A DNA stretch of 64,000 nt from Candidatus Bathyarchaeota archaeon (lineage in GTDB: Archaea > Thermoproteota > Bathyarchaeia > Bathyarchaeales > DTEX01), in NCBI GenBank assembly GCA_963714275.1, contig CAVQNT010000007.1, positions 1 to 64,000 of the forward strand, given 5' to 3'. The notes beneath the pieces are model-generated. The model made no database searches, had not been told where the DNA came from, and saw nothing but the letters and a program-made list of their open reading frames with translations. Positions 1 through 11,143 of the stretch are shown one piece after another. The position numbers and the translations under genes were made by a program. Every line of letters starts with the position of its first letter. Position 1 is the first letter of the stretch.

Positions 1-8
1 TGTTCAAA

Positions 9-470
9 ATGTTCGTGCGCGACACGTTCTTTTTCGCATACCAAAAATACGCTTTCGCCACATTCGGCGTCACCATTACAGTGATTGGCGTAGGCATTCT
101 GCTCAGCAAAAAAACGTCTACACACACATGCAACAAAGCGTGCGCAGACCTAAACATCCAAGGGGAAATGAACCAGAAATTCGATTTTCGCGCCTTTCTA
201 ATGGGTTTCACTAGGGGATTAGTTTTGTGTCCTCCTCTTGTTGGGTTTCTTTTGTATTCTGCGACACTTTCCGGTCCATGTGACAGCGTAATTCTAATGC
301 CTTATTCGGCGTGGGAACAACATTATCGCCAATGTTGTTACTGGGAGGAGCCACGGGTTGGCTGCTCAACAAAGCGCCACTTTTCAGCGAGTGGATTTCG
401 AAGATTGCAGCGGTGGTCATGATTCTACTCGGATTTAACATGTTGCTAAGTGCCATGGTGGGATGATAAT
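9..470 (+). CDS. Membrane protein of the sulfite exporter TauE/SafE / DsbD-like family, 5'-truncated by the window and frameshifted near 290
   Basis: Hydrophobic helices and a GFTRGLVLCPPL motif typical of DsbD_2/TauE-like proteins. The hydrophobic C-terminus continues in another frame. Confidence 0.5.
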
Positions 471-501
471 TGTTCAGTCATAAAAGGAGGAGTAAAAGGG
501 C

Positions 502-1705
502 ATGATGGGAATAATCGCTGAAATGCTTCAGGCAACAATCGTAGCAGGAATCATAATCGCAGGGATACTGATAATAATCATAGGCGTAAAAGACCGAACC
601 AAAAAAATTAGCTGCCTGAGAGTTTTCATCCAAACAATTTCGCTGGGCGTTATTTTTCTCGGCTTAATCATAGGTCCATTCGGTTTAATGCAGTATCCGC
701 CTATCGGTAACGCCCCACGCGACACTTTATTTGGAACAAGCATCCTCGGAGCACCATTCCCAGATGGATTGTCTATACCCACTATGGCGTGCTACTATCC
801 GTCGGGAAGAACGATGACGTGCGCCCTCTGGCAGATTCAAAAGCTACATTTTCCCTTTTTGGGCTGCCGGGAAAGGTTGGGGAGTTAACTACGTCTCCTC
901 TGGTCTTGAAAGGTTAGCGATAGTCCTCGGCTTATTGATCGCAATGTCTGTCATTTTAGGCAGGTTCTTCTGCGGGTGGATTTGCCCGTTCGGATTCTAC
1001 ATGGATCTGATCACTCGCGCCCGAAAGTTCCTGAAAGTTAGGCACTACAATCTTTCTGAAGGACTTAACGATGGGCTGCGTCAACTCAGATACTTGATTA
1101 TAGCTGCAATTTTGTTGTTAAGCTTCGTTTTTGGCGCAGAAGCAATTGTTGGGACTCAGCTTGTTTCAGGAACGGAATACAAAGGATTTGTCTACCAATA
1201 TTTTAGCGCACCCTTCTGTCAGGTTTGCCCTATGCGTCCCCTGTGCGTCCTGATAGAAGGAGCCTTGGGATACATGAACCTGCAGTACGTTTTTTCACAG
1301 ACGGCAGGACAGTTCTACGAAATTGGATACTACATTACCTCACTTAACGTGCTTGTTCTAGTTCTAGTCACGATAGGAGCATTCGCACTGAGGCGTTTCT
1401 GGTGCCGCATTTGTCCTTTAGGCGGATTAATCGCTGTCTTCAACAGGTTTGTTCCTTTCAAATGGGCGTCCGTCGTTCGATTAAACAAAGAGGAAGAAAA
1501 ATGCACGAAATGCGGAATCTGCAAAAGGGTTTGCCCACCGCAAGTCACCGAGGTGTACGAAGAAAAAAGCGGAGATGTGACAGCTTCCGGATGCATACTT
1601 TGTTTCCGATGCATCGAGATGTGCCCCTACGAAGATTGCTTGAAGATTGATGTGGCGGGAAAAACGGTTTTCGGGTCCAAAAACTGGCTGGACACAGTAA
1701 AATAA
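502..1705 (+). CDS. Membrane-bound 4Fe-4S polyferredoxin (NapH/MauN-like), one frameshift near 845
   Basis: GRFFCGWICPFG and RFWCRICPLG motifs, two CxxCxxCxxxCP clusters and TM helices. ORFs 502-888 and 935-1705 join. Confidence 0.85.
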
Positions 1706-1715
1706 CGGTGAAACC

Positions 1716-3052
1716 TTGATGACAAGCAAAGACGAGACTGGAATGAAATATTTTCCCGAAATTCCCCAGAAGGAAATTGAGGAAATACGAAATTCGATCA
1801 AAGCCACCTCCATAAAAGTGACATCTGAAAACATCGAAAGGATGAAAAAAACCGCGCCTAACCGTCCGGAAACCATGACTTATTTTGACGAGATTTCAGA
1901 CTTTTTTGGTCAACGCGAACACGAAATTCGAGCTGCAAAAAAAGAAGGAAAAAAAGTCATCGGCTACAATTGCATGTTCGCGCCCATAGAATTAATTTTG
2001 GCTGCTGATGCCATTCCAGTTCGGGTGAATTCAGGCTGGTATGATGCCTCGAAACTTGGGGACAGAATCGTGCCAGTGGAAGTTTGCCCCGTCATACGGT
2101 CCACGATTGGCGCGAAAATGGTAGGCTTGTCTCCGTACCTTGAGTTAAGCGACGCTGTAATAAATGCCCTCACATGCGACGGAATGACGAAACTGGGCGA
2201 AATCCTGTCGGACTATAAACCGATTTGGACGATGTGCCCTCCGCGCGTAAAGGATTCACCGCAATCTATGGTTTTCTGGAGAGAAGAACTTAAGACGATA
2301 AAGCAGAAAATTGAGGATTTAACAGAAAATAAAATAACTGAGAAAAAATTGAGGTCCACCATAGAGCTCTTCAAAGGGCAACAAAGGCTTTCCGAAGGTT
2401 ACAGGACATAAGGAAAGGTTCTCCCGTCATAATGGGAAGAGACGCCATGCTCGTTAACCAAACTAGCGCGTGGGACAACATTAAAAGGTGGACCCAAAAA
2501 ACCGAAGAACTGTGTGACGAGCTCGAAAAAAGAGTCCGCCAAAAAACGTGGGCATGCCCGCTTGACACACCGAGAGTAATGGTCACGGGTACTCCAATGG
2601 TTTGGCCTGACAATTGGAAGCTTCCTAACCTAGTTGAAGAGTCTAACCCTCAAGGGGTCCTTGTCGTTGATGAGCTCTGCTCCAGCGATTGGCTTCTGTA
2701 TGACCCCGTGGGGGTCGATGAGTGGACGATGGACGATATGTTCAACGCTGTGGCTGAAAGGTACCTGCTTACCTCCACATGCCCATGTTTCACGTCGAAG
2801 GACGGTAACGAGGACAGAATAAACTGGCTGCTGGACAAGCTGAAAGAGTTCAAGGTCGACGGTGTAATCTATTACGTTGTCCGCGGCTGCATGCTGTACG
2901 CGATGGAGTACACCCGTATCAAGCGAATCTTGGACCGTAGAAATGTGCCAATATACTATTTGGACACTGAGTATACGCGGGAAGATGTCGGACAAATGAA
3001 GACAAGGGTCGAAGCTTTCCTGGAGATGCTGAGGGCAAGAGTTGAAATTTGA
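1716..3052 (+). CDS. 2-hydroxyacyl-CoA dehydratase-family (HgdB/FldB-like, possibly double-cubane-type) reductase subunit, frameshift near 2375
   Basis: KVIGYNC..PIELILAA, CPVIRS, TCDG, ELCS, TCPCF, GCMLY motifs and a C-terminal GQMKTRVEAFLE. Confidence 0.85.
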
Positions 3053-3065
3053 GAAGTGAAATGGC

Positions 3066-3851
3066 ATGATAATCGCAGGAATAGACATGGGCACCCAAAG
3101 CATCAAAGTAGTCATCCTAAAAGACAACGAAACCTTGTCTCAAGAACTGGTTTTCTCCGGATTCGAACCAACCAAAGCCGCTGAGCAAGCTTTCGAGAGA
3201 GTATTGAAAAGGGTCAAATTAACTCGCGACGATGTTGAGCACATCTCAGCCACTGGCGCCGGAGCTGAAATGGCTCCTTTCTTCGACAGTACAATCAGCA
3301 TGGTGGGAGCAGATGCTAAGGCAGGAGCATACTCGTTTCCAACAGCAAAGACAGTGATAGACATAGGCGCAGAGGAAGCGCGGGCAGTAAGGTGCGACGA
3401 GAAAGGAAAATTGTTAAATTTTGTCGTAAACGAGAGGTGTGCTGCAGGCGCTGGCACCTTCATAGAAGCAATGGCGAGGGCGCTGGAGGTAAAGTTGGAG
3501 GAGATGGGTTCACTGTCTCTCAAAGCGGAAAAAGCGAGCCAAATTAATGCTACGTGCGTTATTTTCGGCGAGTCCGACGTGGTGACCCTCATTCATCGTC
3601 AAGAGCCCAAACCTGAAATTGCCAGAGCAATCTATGACGCTATGGCTGACAGGATTTCGTCCATGGTTTACAGGTTGGGAGTAAACCCAGATGTCGTGCT
3701 AATTGGAGGTGTCGCCAAAGACGTTGGTTTTGTCGCTTCTTTGAAGAGAAAGCTTGGGACAGACGTTTTGATACCCGAAAATCCAGAATTCGCTGGTGCA
3801 TTGGGAGCTGCTCTTTTTGCTGCTAAACGGGTTGGAGAGTCGAAGGGATGA
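3066..3851 (+). CDS. ASKHA-type CoA-enzyme activase, benzoyl-CoA reductase BzdP-like subunit
   Basis: AGIDMG, IDIGAEEARA, NERCAAGAG and CVIFGESD motifs of the BcrAD/BadFG/HgdC family. IDIGAEE is the P-type variant. Confidence 0.85.
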   Translation: MIIAGIDMGTQSIKVVILKDNETLSQELVFSGFEPTKAAEQAFERVLKRVKLTRDDVEHISATGAGAEMAPFFDSTISMVGADAKAGAYSFPTAKTVIDIGAEEARAVRCDEKGKLLNFVVNERCAAGAGTFIEAMARALEVKLEEMGSLSLKAEKASQINATCVIFGESDVVTLIHRQEPKPEIARAIYDAMADRISSMVYRLGVNPDVVLIGGVAKDVGFVASLKRKLGTDVLIPENPEFAGALGAALFAAKRVGESKG

Positions 3852-4757
3852 AAGAGGACGGAAGTAAAGAAAAAGTAGAATACTGGAGATGGCGTGAATA
3901 CAGGAAAACCGTGTCAAGCCAGAACTGGAAAGACGCGAACATTGTTACAGCAGGAGTCGACGTGGGCTCAGTGAGCTCCAAGGCAGTGATTATGACAGAT
4001 GGTAAAATTTTCTCATATGGTATCATGCGAACGGGGTCGAACAGCCCTGACAGCGCTGTAAAGGTGATGGATTGGGCGATGGAAGGAACTGGATTAACGT
4101 TAAACGACATAAAACACGTCGTGGGAACGGGTTACGGAAGAATAAACGTTCCAATGGCAAATAAGGCAGTCACCGAGATTGCTTGCCACGCAAAGGGTGC
4201 GAACTACATTTGGGGTCCCACGGTGAGAACCATACTGGACGTGGGTGGCCAAGACATTAAAGCCATCCGCTGCGACGAGAAAGGGCGAGTAACATCATTC
4301 CTGATGAACGACAAGTGCGCAGGCTGGCACGGGAAGAGGCATGGAAGTGTTTGCTGACCTGCTGAAGATTCCCATCGAGGAAATCGGTGAAGAGTCGCTG
4401 AAGGTTGATGCGGAGCCAGACCCTGTTCACTGCACCTGCGTGGTATTCGCCAAGACGGAGGCTGTTGGGCTGTTGCGTAAGGGATGGCCTAAAGAAAAGG
4501 TTCTCGCTGCCTACACGCGGGCGATGGCTATGAGAATGAGCAAGCTGCTGGAAAAAGTGGGCTGCGAAAAAGACTTTGTTGTAACTGGCGGACAATCCAA
4601 AAACATCGGCATAGTGACAAGGATAGAGAACATTATAGGCCTTAAGCGTCTTCCGATGCCCAACTACGAAGAAAACGGGCTTGACCCTATGGTTGCAGGA
4701 GCCATCGGAGCCGCCCTTTACGCCAAGGCTTTGAATGAAAAGTCGCTGGCAGCCTGA
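3848..4757 (+). CDS. ASKHA-type activase, benzoyl-CoA reductase BzdQ-like subunit, frameshift near 4325
   Basis: N-terminal EYWRW, GVDVGSVSSK, GTGYGR, TEIACHAKG, LDVGGQD, NDKCA and CVVFAKTE motifs. Confidence 0.85.
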
Positions 4758-4761
4758 AAGG

Positions 4762-5068
4762 ATGGGGGCAGACTAAAATAATCGTTTATTACGGTTACAG
4801 GGATAGCTCAGGAGAATACTACATCATCATTGACTCTGAAAAATGCGATGGCTGCGGCAAATGCGTGGAACTTTGTCCCCAAAATGCCTTGGAATTAGTG
4901 ACTGTGATGATTGACCTCGAAGACAAAATCGTAGCCGCAGTGACGGAAGAACACAGAAAAAAAATAAAATACACCTGTTCCCCATGTAAACCCGAAATCA
5001 ATATAACACCATGCGTGTCAGTATGCAAAAAGAAAGCCATAATGTGCACTTGGAACCCTGAAAAGTAA
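4762..5068 (+). CDS. Ferredoxin (BzdM-like); start disrupted by a G-run indel
   Basis: Frame reads IIVYYGYRDSSGEYYIIIDSEKCDGCGKCVELCP...KIKYTCSPCKP...CVSVC, resembling ferredoxins encoded beside Bzd-type reductases. Confidence 0.75.
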
Positions 5069-5106
5069 AAAAGCTGAAAACAGCAGATTAGAGAATAGTT
5101 GTTATG

Positions 5107-7434
5107 TCATTGTGCAGGCAGACGAATGGTAAGAGAACTTGCGCTTTTCCTTGGAACTAACAGTGTGCCCAATGTATCTGCTTCGGCAATACCTCCTTCG
5201 ACCGATTGGACGGAACCGACACCCCTTAGCAGCACCGACCAAGATTTTTGTTCACCTTGGACTTGAACACGAACCAGCTGCCCTTTATGGCTTGCCTTAA
5301 CCGTCATGGCTTCCTCGCCTTTACTTGTGGGTACACACGCAGTTGTTGTTGCGCCATCCTGCATCTCAAAGAGATGAAAAGTCACTCCGTCACCAAGGTT
5401 ATAGTCAGGTCGGTGTTCATTTGCTCCAACTGGGATGATTGTGTTCGGTTTAACCATCAACGGAAGGCTCATGTAACTATGCTTCTCATGCACCCATCCT
5501 CCGCCCTCAGTCACTTGACCCGTTATGAAGTTTGTCCATCGCCCTTTTGGCAAATAGTAATCCACTTTTCCGTTAGGCGAAAAGATGGGTGCCACCAGCA
5601 GCGAATCGCCCAACATATACTGCCTGTCAAGGTAATCGCAGGCTGGGTCGTCTGGAAACTCGAGCATCATCGCCCGCATCACTGGAACGCCAAGTTCATG
5701 CGCCTCACAAGCGGCACCAAAAAGATAAGGCATTAATCGGCACTTGAGTTTAGTGAAAAAGCGCAGGACGTCCACGGCTTCTTCGTCGTACAGCCAAGGC
5801 ACACGATATGAGCCGCTGCCATGCAACCTACTGTGCGAAGAAAGAAGCCCAAAGGCGCACCAACGCTTGTAAACATCTGCTGAAGCCGTCTGCTCGAATC
5901 CGCCGATGTCGTGGCTCCAGAACCCGAATCCCGACAGGCACAGCGACAGTCCTCCGCGCAGGCTTTCAGCCATGGACTCAAAGGTGGCAACGCAGTCTCC
6001 TCCCCAGTGAACGGGGAACTGTTGGCATCCTGTTGTGGCTGAACGCGCGAAGAGGGCTACTTCTCCCTTACCCAACTTGTCTTCCAGCACTTCATACACG
6101 GTCTTGTTGTAAAGGTACGAATAGTAGTTGTGCATCTTTACTGGGTCTGAACCGTCACAATAGGCAATGTCCGTGGGAATGCGTTCCCCAAAGTCGGTTT
6201 TGAAGCAGTCCACGCCCATGTCCACAAGCGCACGAAGTTTGTCGCCAAACCAGCGGCAAGCGTCAGGATTAGTGAAGTCAACGATGCCCATTCCTGCCTG
6301 CCACCTGTCCCACTGCCACACGTCTCCGTTCGGTCGTTTAAGCAGAAAGCCGTGTTTCACCCCCTCGTCGAAAAGCGCCGACCGTTGGGCAATGTATGGA
6401 TTTATCCAGACGCAGATGTGTAGACCGCGAGACTTCAGCCGTTTCAGCATCGCCTGAGGGTCAGGAAAGACGCGTTTGTCCCACTCGAAATTGCACCAGT
6501 GGAACTCCTTCATCCAGAAACAGTCGAAATGGAACACGTGCAACGGAATGTCGCGGTCAGCCACGCCTTGAATGAAGCTGGTCACGGTTTCCTCATCATA
6601 ACTGGTCGTGAACGAGGTGCTCAGCCAAAGACCAAACGACCACGCGGGAGGCAAAGCTGGTCGACCAGTAAGCACCGTGTATCGGCTTAAAATCTCTTTG
6701 GGCGACGGTCCATAAATGACGAAATATTCAAGGTATTCTCCTGGAACGCTGAATTGGATACGTTCGACGTTTTCGGATGCGACTTCGAATGAAACCCGTT
6801 CGGGGTGGTTGACGAACACGCCGTAACCTCTGTTGGTTATGTAGAAAGGTACGTTCTTGTAAGCCTGTTCGGTGCCAGTTCCGCCATCCTCGTTCCACAT
6901 CTCCACTGTTTGACCGTTCTTCACAAAAGGCGTGAACCGTTCACCTAGGCCATAAACGCATTCGCCGACACCCAAAGCAAGCTGCCCGAAAGCGTATCGT
7001 CCCGTACTTGTGTCCATAACGCCCATGCCCCGCAAACCACTGCTGGCGACGACCCGGTCGCCGTCCTTGAACGTTATCTGCCAGCCGCCAGCTTTTTCGA
7101 CACGTACCGTCAAGCGTCCGCTGGTCAAAGTTGCAGCTTGCGCATCGTTGTGAACCTCAATTTTTGGTGCTGGTTGCGGTTTCAGTTGAAATTCTGGTTT
7201 TTTGTGAAGCTTCCCTTTGTGATGGCAGATTTGGACTCTTACGACGTTAGGTATTGGAGAAGAGAAACGAATAGTCAAAAGGGGAAGATCCAAGGTGTCA
7301 GCACGGTGAGCCAAACGTCTTGGTGAACCATACACGGTTAAGGCATCCGGTTCAACTTCTACCTCATGAACTTGAACAGGAAAAATGGGCGTCACTCCCG
7401 GCCGCATCAGCCAGAATCCGTCAGTGAACTTCGT
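5107..7434 (-). CDS. yicI: Alpha-xylosidase, glycoside hydrolase family 31
   Basis: HFDCFW, KTDFGERIP (nucleophile) and WSHDIGGF motifs. The N-terminus extends to (T)KFTDGFWL at 7434. Confidence 0.92.
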   Translation of the reverse strand, partial: TKFTDGFWLMRPGVTPIFPVQVHEVEVEPDALTVYGSPRRLAHRADTLDLPLLTIRFSSPIPNVVRVQICHHKGKLHKKPEFQLKPQPAPKIEVHNDAQAATLTSGRLTVRVEKAGGWQITFKDGDRVVASSGLRGMGVMDTSTGRYAFGQLALGVGECVYGLGERFTPFVKNGQTVEMWNEDGGTGTEQAYKNVPFYITNRGYGVFVNHPERVSFEVASENVERIQFSVPGEYLEYFVIYGPSPKEILSRYTVLTGRPALPPAWSFGLWLSTSFTTSYDEETVTSFIQGVADRDIPLHVFHFDCFWMKEFHWCNFEWDKRVFPDPQAMLKRLKSRGLHICVWINPYIAQRSALFDEGVKHGFLLKRPNGDVWQWDRWQAGMGIVDFTNPDACRWFGDKLRALVDMGVDCFKTDFGERIPTDIAYCDGSDPVKMHNYYSYLYNKTVYEVLEDKLGKGEVALFARSATTGCQQFPVHWGGDCVATFESMAESLRGGLSLCLSGFGFWSHDIGGFEQTASADVYKRWCAFGLLSSHSRLHGSGSYRVPWLYDEEAVDVLRFFTKLKCRLMPYLFGAACEAHELGVPVMRAMMLEFPDDPACDYLDRQYMLGDSLLVAPIFSPNGKVDYYLPKGRWTNFITGQVTEGGGWVHEKHSYMSLPLMVKPNTIIPVGANEHRPDYNLGDGVTFHLFEMQDGATTTACVPTSKGEEAMTVKASHKGQLVRVQVQGEQKSWSVLLRGVGSVQSVEGGIAEADTLGTLLVPRKSASSLTIRLPAQ

Positions 7435-7658
7435 CTAAATAGCCTCCTTAGACATTATTTATACAGGAATAATTTATAAAAGTCTGATTGATTTCTTACA
7501 GGTTCATACAAGCAGTTTTTTCGTCTGGTTCGTTAGGCTTTTTTTGTGGAAAAACTGAAGCCTGTAAACCTGAGGTTTTCAGCACGGCAAGACTTCAAAG
7601 GTAACAATTATTATGCTGTATTATTACATCGCATAACAGGTTCATTAATGGCTGAGGG

Positions 7659-8153
7659 TTGCTGATGAAAAATCTGAATTTTTGCTGTGCATGTTGCCAA
7701 AAGCTCGAGTCCAAGACTCTTCTTGATGGAAGCGTCGAAAAGTATTGTTCACAATGCGACCGAGTGTTTTTTGATGCGCCTTCGCCCGCTGCGATTGTTG
7801 CAGTCATAAATGGCGACAAAATCCTTTTGACGCGAAGCGTCGGTTGGAACCATCCTTACTGGGGGCTGGTCGCAGGGCACGTGAAAACTGGCGAAACAGC
7901 TGAAGAAGCAGCTATCCGAGAAGTTAAGGAAGAAGTTGGCTTGGACATCAAGAACCTGAACATCATCGGGACCTTCGCTTCCAAGGATCTTGACCTTTTA
8001 ATGGTCGGGTTTAGAGCAGACTCAAAAAACATGGACATCAATATGTCTCAAGAACTGGAAAAGGCAGAATGGTTCAATCTTGGCAATGATTTGCCTGTCC
8101 GTCCTTGTTCAATCGCAAGCCAAGTTATATCAAGGATTATGTCAAGTCCCTAA
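7659..8153 (+). CDS. NUDIX hydrolase with Zn ribbon (NudC-like)
   Basis: CxxC...CxxC ribbon and Nudix box GHVKTGETAEEAAIREVKEEVG. Confidence 0.88.
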   Translation: MLMKNLNFCCACCQKLESKTLLDGSVEKYCSQCDRVFFDAPSPAAIVAVINGDKILLTRSVGWNHPYWGLVAGHVKTGETAEEAAIREVKEEVGLDIKNLNIIGTFASKDLDLLMVGFRADSKNMDINMSQELEKAEWFNLGNDLPVRPCSIASQVISRIMSSP

Positions 8154-8306
8154 CCAAATACTCCCACTAGAATCGCCATCGTTTTGGGCTGTTGGCACGA
8201 ATTGACTTAGTGGATGAAAAACTCAACAGTATAAGGACATAAAGTAACTCTTAAATACGTGGGAAGATTCCATGCTAAAACAAGCTCTGAAGTAGGAGGT
8301 TAACAT

Positions 8307-8801
8307 ATGTCCCTGAAGAATGACAGGCGCCTACTTATGCTTGATAAGTTCACGATGCAGCATCAACATCGGAAAGACGCTCTTCTCGAGATTTTGCATT
8401 ATGCTCAGGAACAATACGGTTACCTCGATAAGGACGTTCTTGCGCACATCTCTGATTCGCTGAACCTTCCCCCAAGCCACGTCTACGGGGTGGCTACCTT
8501 CTATAACTTTTTTAAGTTGAAGAAGCCCGGAAGCCACATAGTCACTTTTTGCTTGGGAACAGCTTGTTTTGTCAAAAGCGTCGAGGAAATTATTTCAGCG
8601 GTCGAAAGCGAGTTCAACATCAAACGCGGGGAAACCAGAGCGGACAGAAAACTTTCCCTTTTCATCACCCGTTGTATAGGCGCGTGCGCCATGGCTCCAA
8701 ACGCAATCGTCGACAACGCGGTCGTCGGAAAAGCCACGCCAGAATCAGTGGTTAACAGAATAAAATCGGTGCTTGGAGAGGAAAAAGTTGAAGCCGATTG
8801 A
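8307..8801 (+). CDS. hoxE: Bidirectional NiFe-hydrogenase diaphorase subunit E (NuoE-like)
   Basis: ALLEILHYAQEQYGYL, VYGVATFY, CLGTAC and RCIGAC 2Fe-2S motifs. Confidence 0.9.
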   Translation: MSLKNDRRLLMLDKFTMQHQHRKDALLEILHYAQEQYGYLDKDVLAHISDSLNLPPSHVYGVATFYNFFKLKKPGSHIVTFCLGTACFVKSVEEIISAVESEFNIKRGETRADRKLSLFITRCIGACAMAPNAIVDNAVVGKATPESVVNRIKSVLGEEKVEAD

Positions 8802-10422
8802 CATAATTAGGCTGGCAGAAAGGGACCTTGACCTCCGAAGGTCCTACAAATACAGAATAAACGTCTGCTGCTCCAGCGGCTGCTTACCCTTCGGCGCAGA
8901 AGATGTGCTGAAGGCTTTTGACGAAGCTGTAAAGGAGCTGGGGGTCGAAAAAGTCTGCAAGGTCGCCAGAACAGGCTGTTTTGGAACCTGCAGCGTTGGT
9001 CCAGCGGTTGTGGTGGAGCCGGGAGATTTTCTTTACCAAAACGTGACTCCTGAAAACGCTCGGGAAATAGTGAAAGAACACATCGTGAAGGGGACGCCCG
9101 TAAAGAGCCTGCTATACACGAATGAAGTGTTCTTCAAGAAACAGCATAGGCTTATTCTAAAGTATGCTGGAAAAATCGACCCATTCAACATTGAAGACTA
9201 CATAGCCATGGGTGGCTATTCTGCGCTAATAAAGTGTCTAACAAAAATGACCCAGAAAGAAGTCATAGACGAGGTGATAGCCAGCGGCTTAAGAGGTCGA
9301 GGAGGCGCAGGGTTCCTTACTGGACAAAAATGGAGTTTTGTCGCAAGAGCCACTGGAAACCCAAAGTACGCCATAGCCAACTTGGACGAGGGTGACCCAG
9401 GTGTATTCGCAAACCGAACACTCGCGGAGGCTGATCCGCACGCCATCATTGAGGGTTTGCTGATCGCTGCGTATGTAACTGGAATTGAACAAGCCTACAT
9501 TTACATCAGGTCAGAATACCCGCTTGCAATCACAACCCTGAAGAAGGCGCTTGAACAGGCAAAATCGCTGAATCTCGTTGGCGAAAACATTCTTGAAACT
9601 CCTTTCAAGTTAGCTATTGATTTGAGGCTTGGAGCTGGCGCCTTCGTGGCAGGCGAGGAAACAGCCATATTAGCCTCTGTTGAGGGGGAAAGGGCTATGC
9701 CTCGTCCGCGTCCGCCGTATCCTGCAACCTCAGGCTTGTGGGCGAAACCGACCCTTATACAGAACGTTGAAACCTTAGCTAACATCCCCCCTATAGTTTT
9801 GAACGGAGGAGCGTGGTTCAGCAGGATTGGAACCCCCAAATGCAGCGGGACCAAGTGTTTCTCTTTAACTGGGAAAGTTAACAGCCCTGGGCTCATCGAG
9901 GTGCCTATGGGCATAACTCTGAGGGAAGTCGTGTTTGACATAGGCGGAGGTGTTCTTAACAACAGGAAATTTAAAGCCGTTCTGGTGGGTGGACCTTCAG
10001 GCGGATGTTTGCCTGAGAGTCTTCTGGACCTGCCTGTTGATTACGAGTCTCTTACGAAGGCTGGCGCCATCATGGGTTCAGGGGGCATAGTCGTGATTGA
10101 TGACAAGTCGTGCATGGTTGATACTGCAAAGTTCTTCACCGACTTCTGCATTGACGAGTCCTGCGGCAAATGCGTCCCATGCAGAGCGGGTCTTGCCAAG
10201 GTTCAGGGGATTTTTAAACGTATCATGCAGGGCGAAGGCAGGCTGGACGACATGAACGTGCTGGAGGAAGCTGGCAACTACATAAGAGAAGCCAGCCTGT
10301 GCGGGCTTGGGCAGACAGCTCCGAACCCAGTTTTGACGACTCTGCGGTACTTCAAAGACGAATATGTTCAGCACATCGTTCACAAGCAGTGTTCAGCGGG
10401 AAAATGCTTCAAAAAAGGATAA
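8788..10422 (+). CDS. hoxF: Diaphorase flavoprotein subunit F (NuoF-like)
   Basis: GLRGRGGAGF, NLDEGDPG, GEETA, ESCGKCVPC and SLCGLGQ motifs, with an N-terminal 2Fe-2S domain. Confidence 0.92.
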   Translation: MKPIDIIRLAERDLDLRRSYKYRINVCCSSGCLPFGAEDVLKAFDEAVKELGVEKVCKVARTGCFGTCSVGPAVVVEPGDFLYQNVTPENAREIVKEHIVKGTPVKSLLYTNEVFFKKQHRLILKYAGKIDPFNIEDYIAMGGYSALIKCLTKMTQKEVIDEVIASGLRGRGGAGFLTGQKWSFVARATGNPKYAIANLDEGDPGVFANRTLAEADPHAIIEGLLIAAYVTGIEQAYIYIRSEYPLAITTLKKALEQAKSLNLVGENILETPFKLAIDLRLGAGAFVAGEETAILASVEGERAMPRPRPPYPATSGLWAKPTLIQNVETLANIPPIVLNGGAWFSRIGTPKCSGTKCFSLTGKVNSPGLIEVPMGITLREVVFDIGGGVLNNRKFKAVLVGGPSGGCLPESLLDLPVDYESLTKAGAIMGSGGIVVIDDKSCMVDTAKFFTDFCIDESCGKCVPCRAGLAKVQGIFKRIMQGEGRLDDMNVLEEAGNYIREASLCGLGQTAPNPVLTTLRYFKDEYVQHIVHKQCSAGKCFKKG

Positions 10423-10438
10423 AAGAGGTAAGAAAACC

Positions 10439-11143
10439 ATGAGCGTAGGAACCATTAATTTGAAGATTAACGGGCAAGATGTTGTTTCCAAAGATGGCGA
10501 AACTATCCTTAAGGCAGCGAAGGAACATGGCATAAACATTCCAACGTTATGCGAATTTGACGGCTTAACAAGCCTAGGGGGCTGTCGACTCTGCCTCGTG
10601 GAAGTTAAGGGGTCGCCGAAGCTTTTCCCTGCATGCACAACGCCCGTCAGCAACGGAATGGAAGTCACAACAGACTCTGACAGGCTGAAGCTTTATCGTA
10701 AAATGGCTCTGGAGCTTACTCTTTCTGAAAGGATTCATGTTTGTTCTGTCTGCGTGGCGAATAACAACTGTGAACTTCAGGACTTAGCCAACAAGTTGGG
10801 AGTCGACCATGTCAGGTTCGAACGTAACTGGGAATCGCGTAACGTGGATTCGACTCATGAGTTTCTCGTCTTCGACCGAAACCGATGCATACTTTGCAGC
10901 CGATGCGTAAAGGTCTGCGACCAAATTGAGGGAGTTCACGTTCTTGACCTGAAAATGAGGGGAAAAGACTCAGAAGTCATCGTTGACCTCGATGACACGT
11001 GGGGCTCCTCAAAATCCTGCACTTCATGCAGAAAGTGCGCCAAAGTCTGCCCCGTGGGTTCCATCTACGTCGAAGGTCAACCCATCATTCAGACTAGAGA
11101 CAAGAAGATAGCGGAGTTCGTGTTGGAAAGGAGACGCAAATAG
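10439..11143 (+). CDS. hoxU: Diaphorase Fe-S subunit U (NuoG-like)
   Basis: IPTLC, GCRLCLVE, HVCSVC, RCILCSRC and CTSCRKC motifs. Confidence 0.92.
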   Translation: MSVGTINLKINGQDVVSKDGETILKAAKEHGINIPTLCEFDGLTSLGGCRLCLVEVKGSPKLFPACTTPVSNGMEVTTDSDRLKLYRKMALELTLSERIHVCSVCVANNNCELQDLANKLGVDHVRFERNWESRNVDSTHEFLVFDRNRCILCSRCVKVCDQIEGVHVLDLKMRGKDSEVIVDLDDTWGSSKSCTSCRKCAKVCPVGSIYVEGQPIIQTRDKKIAEFVLERRRK

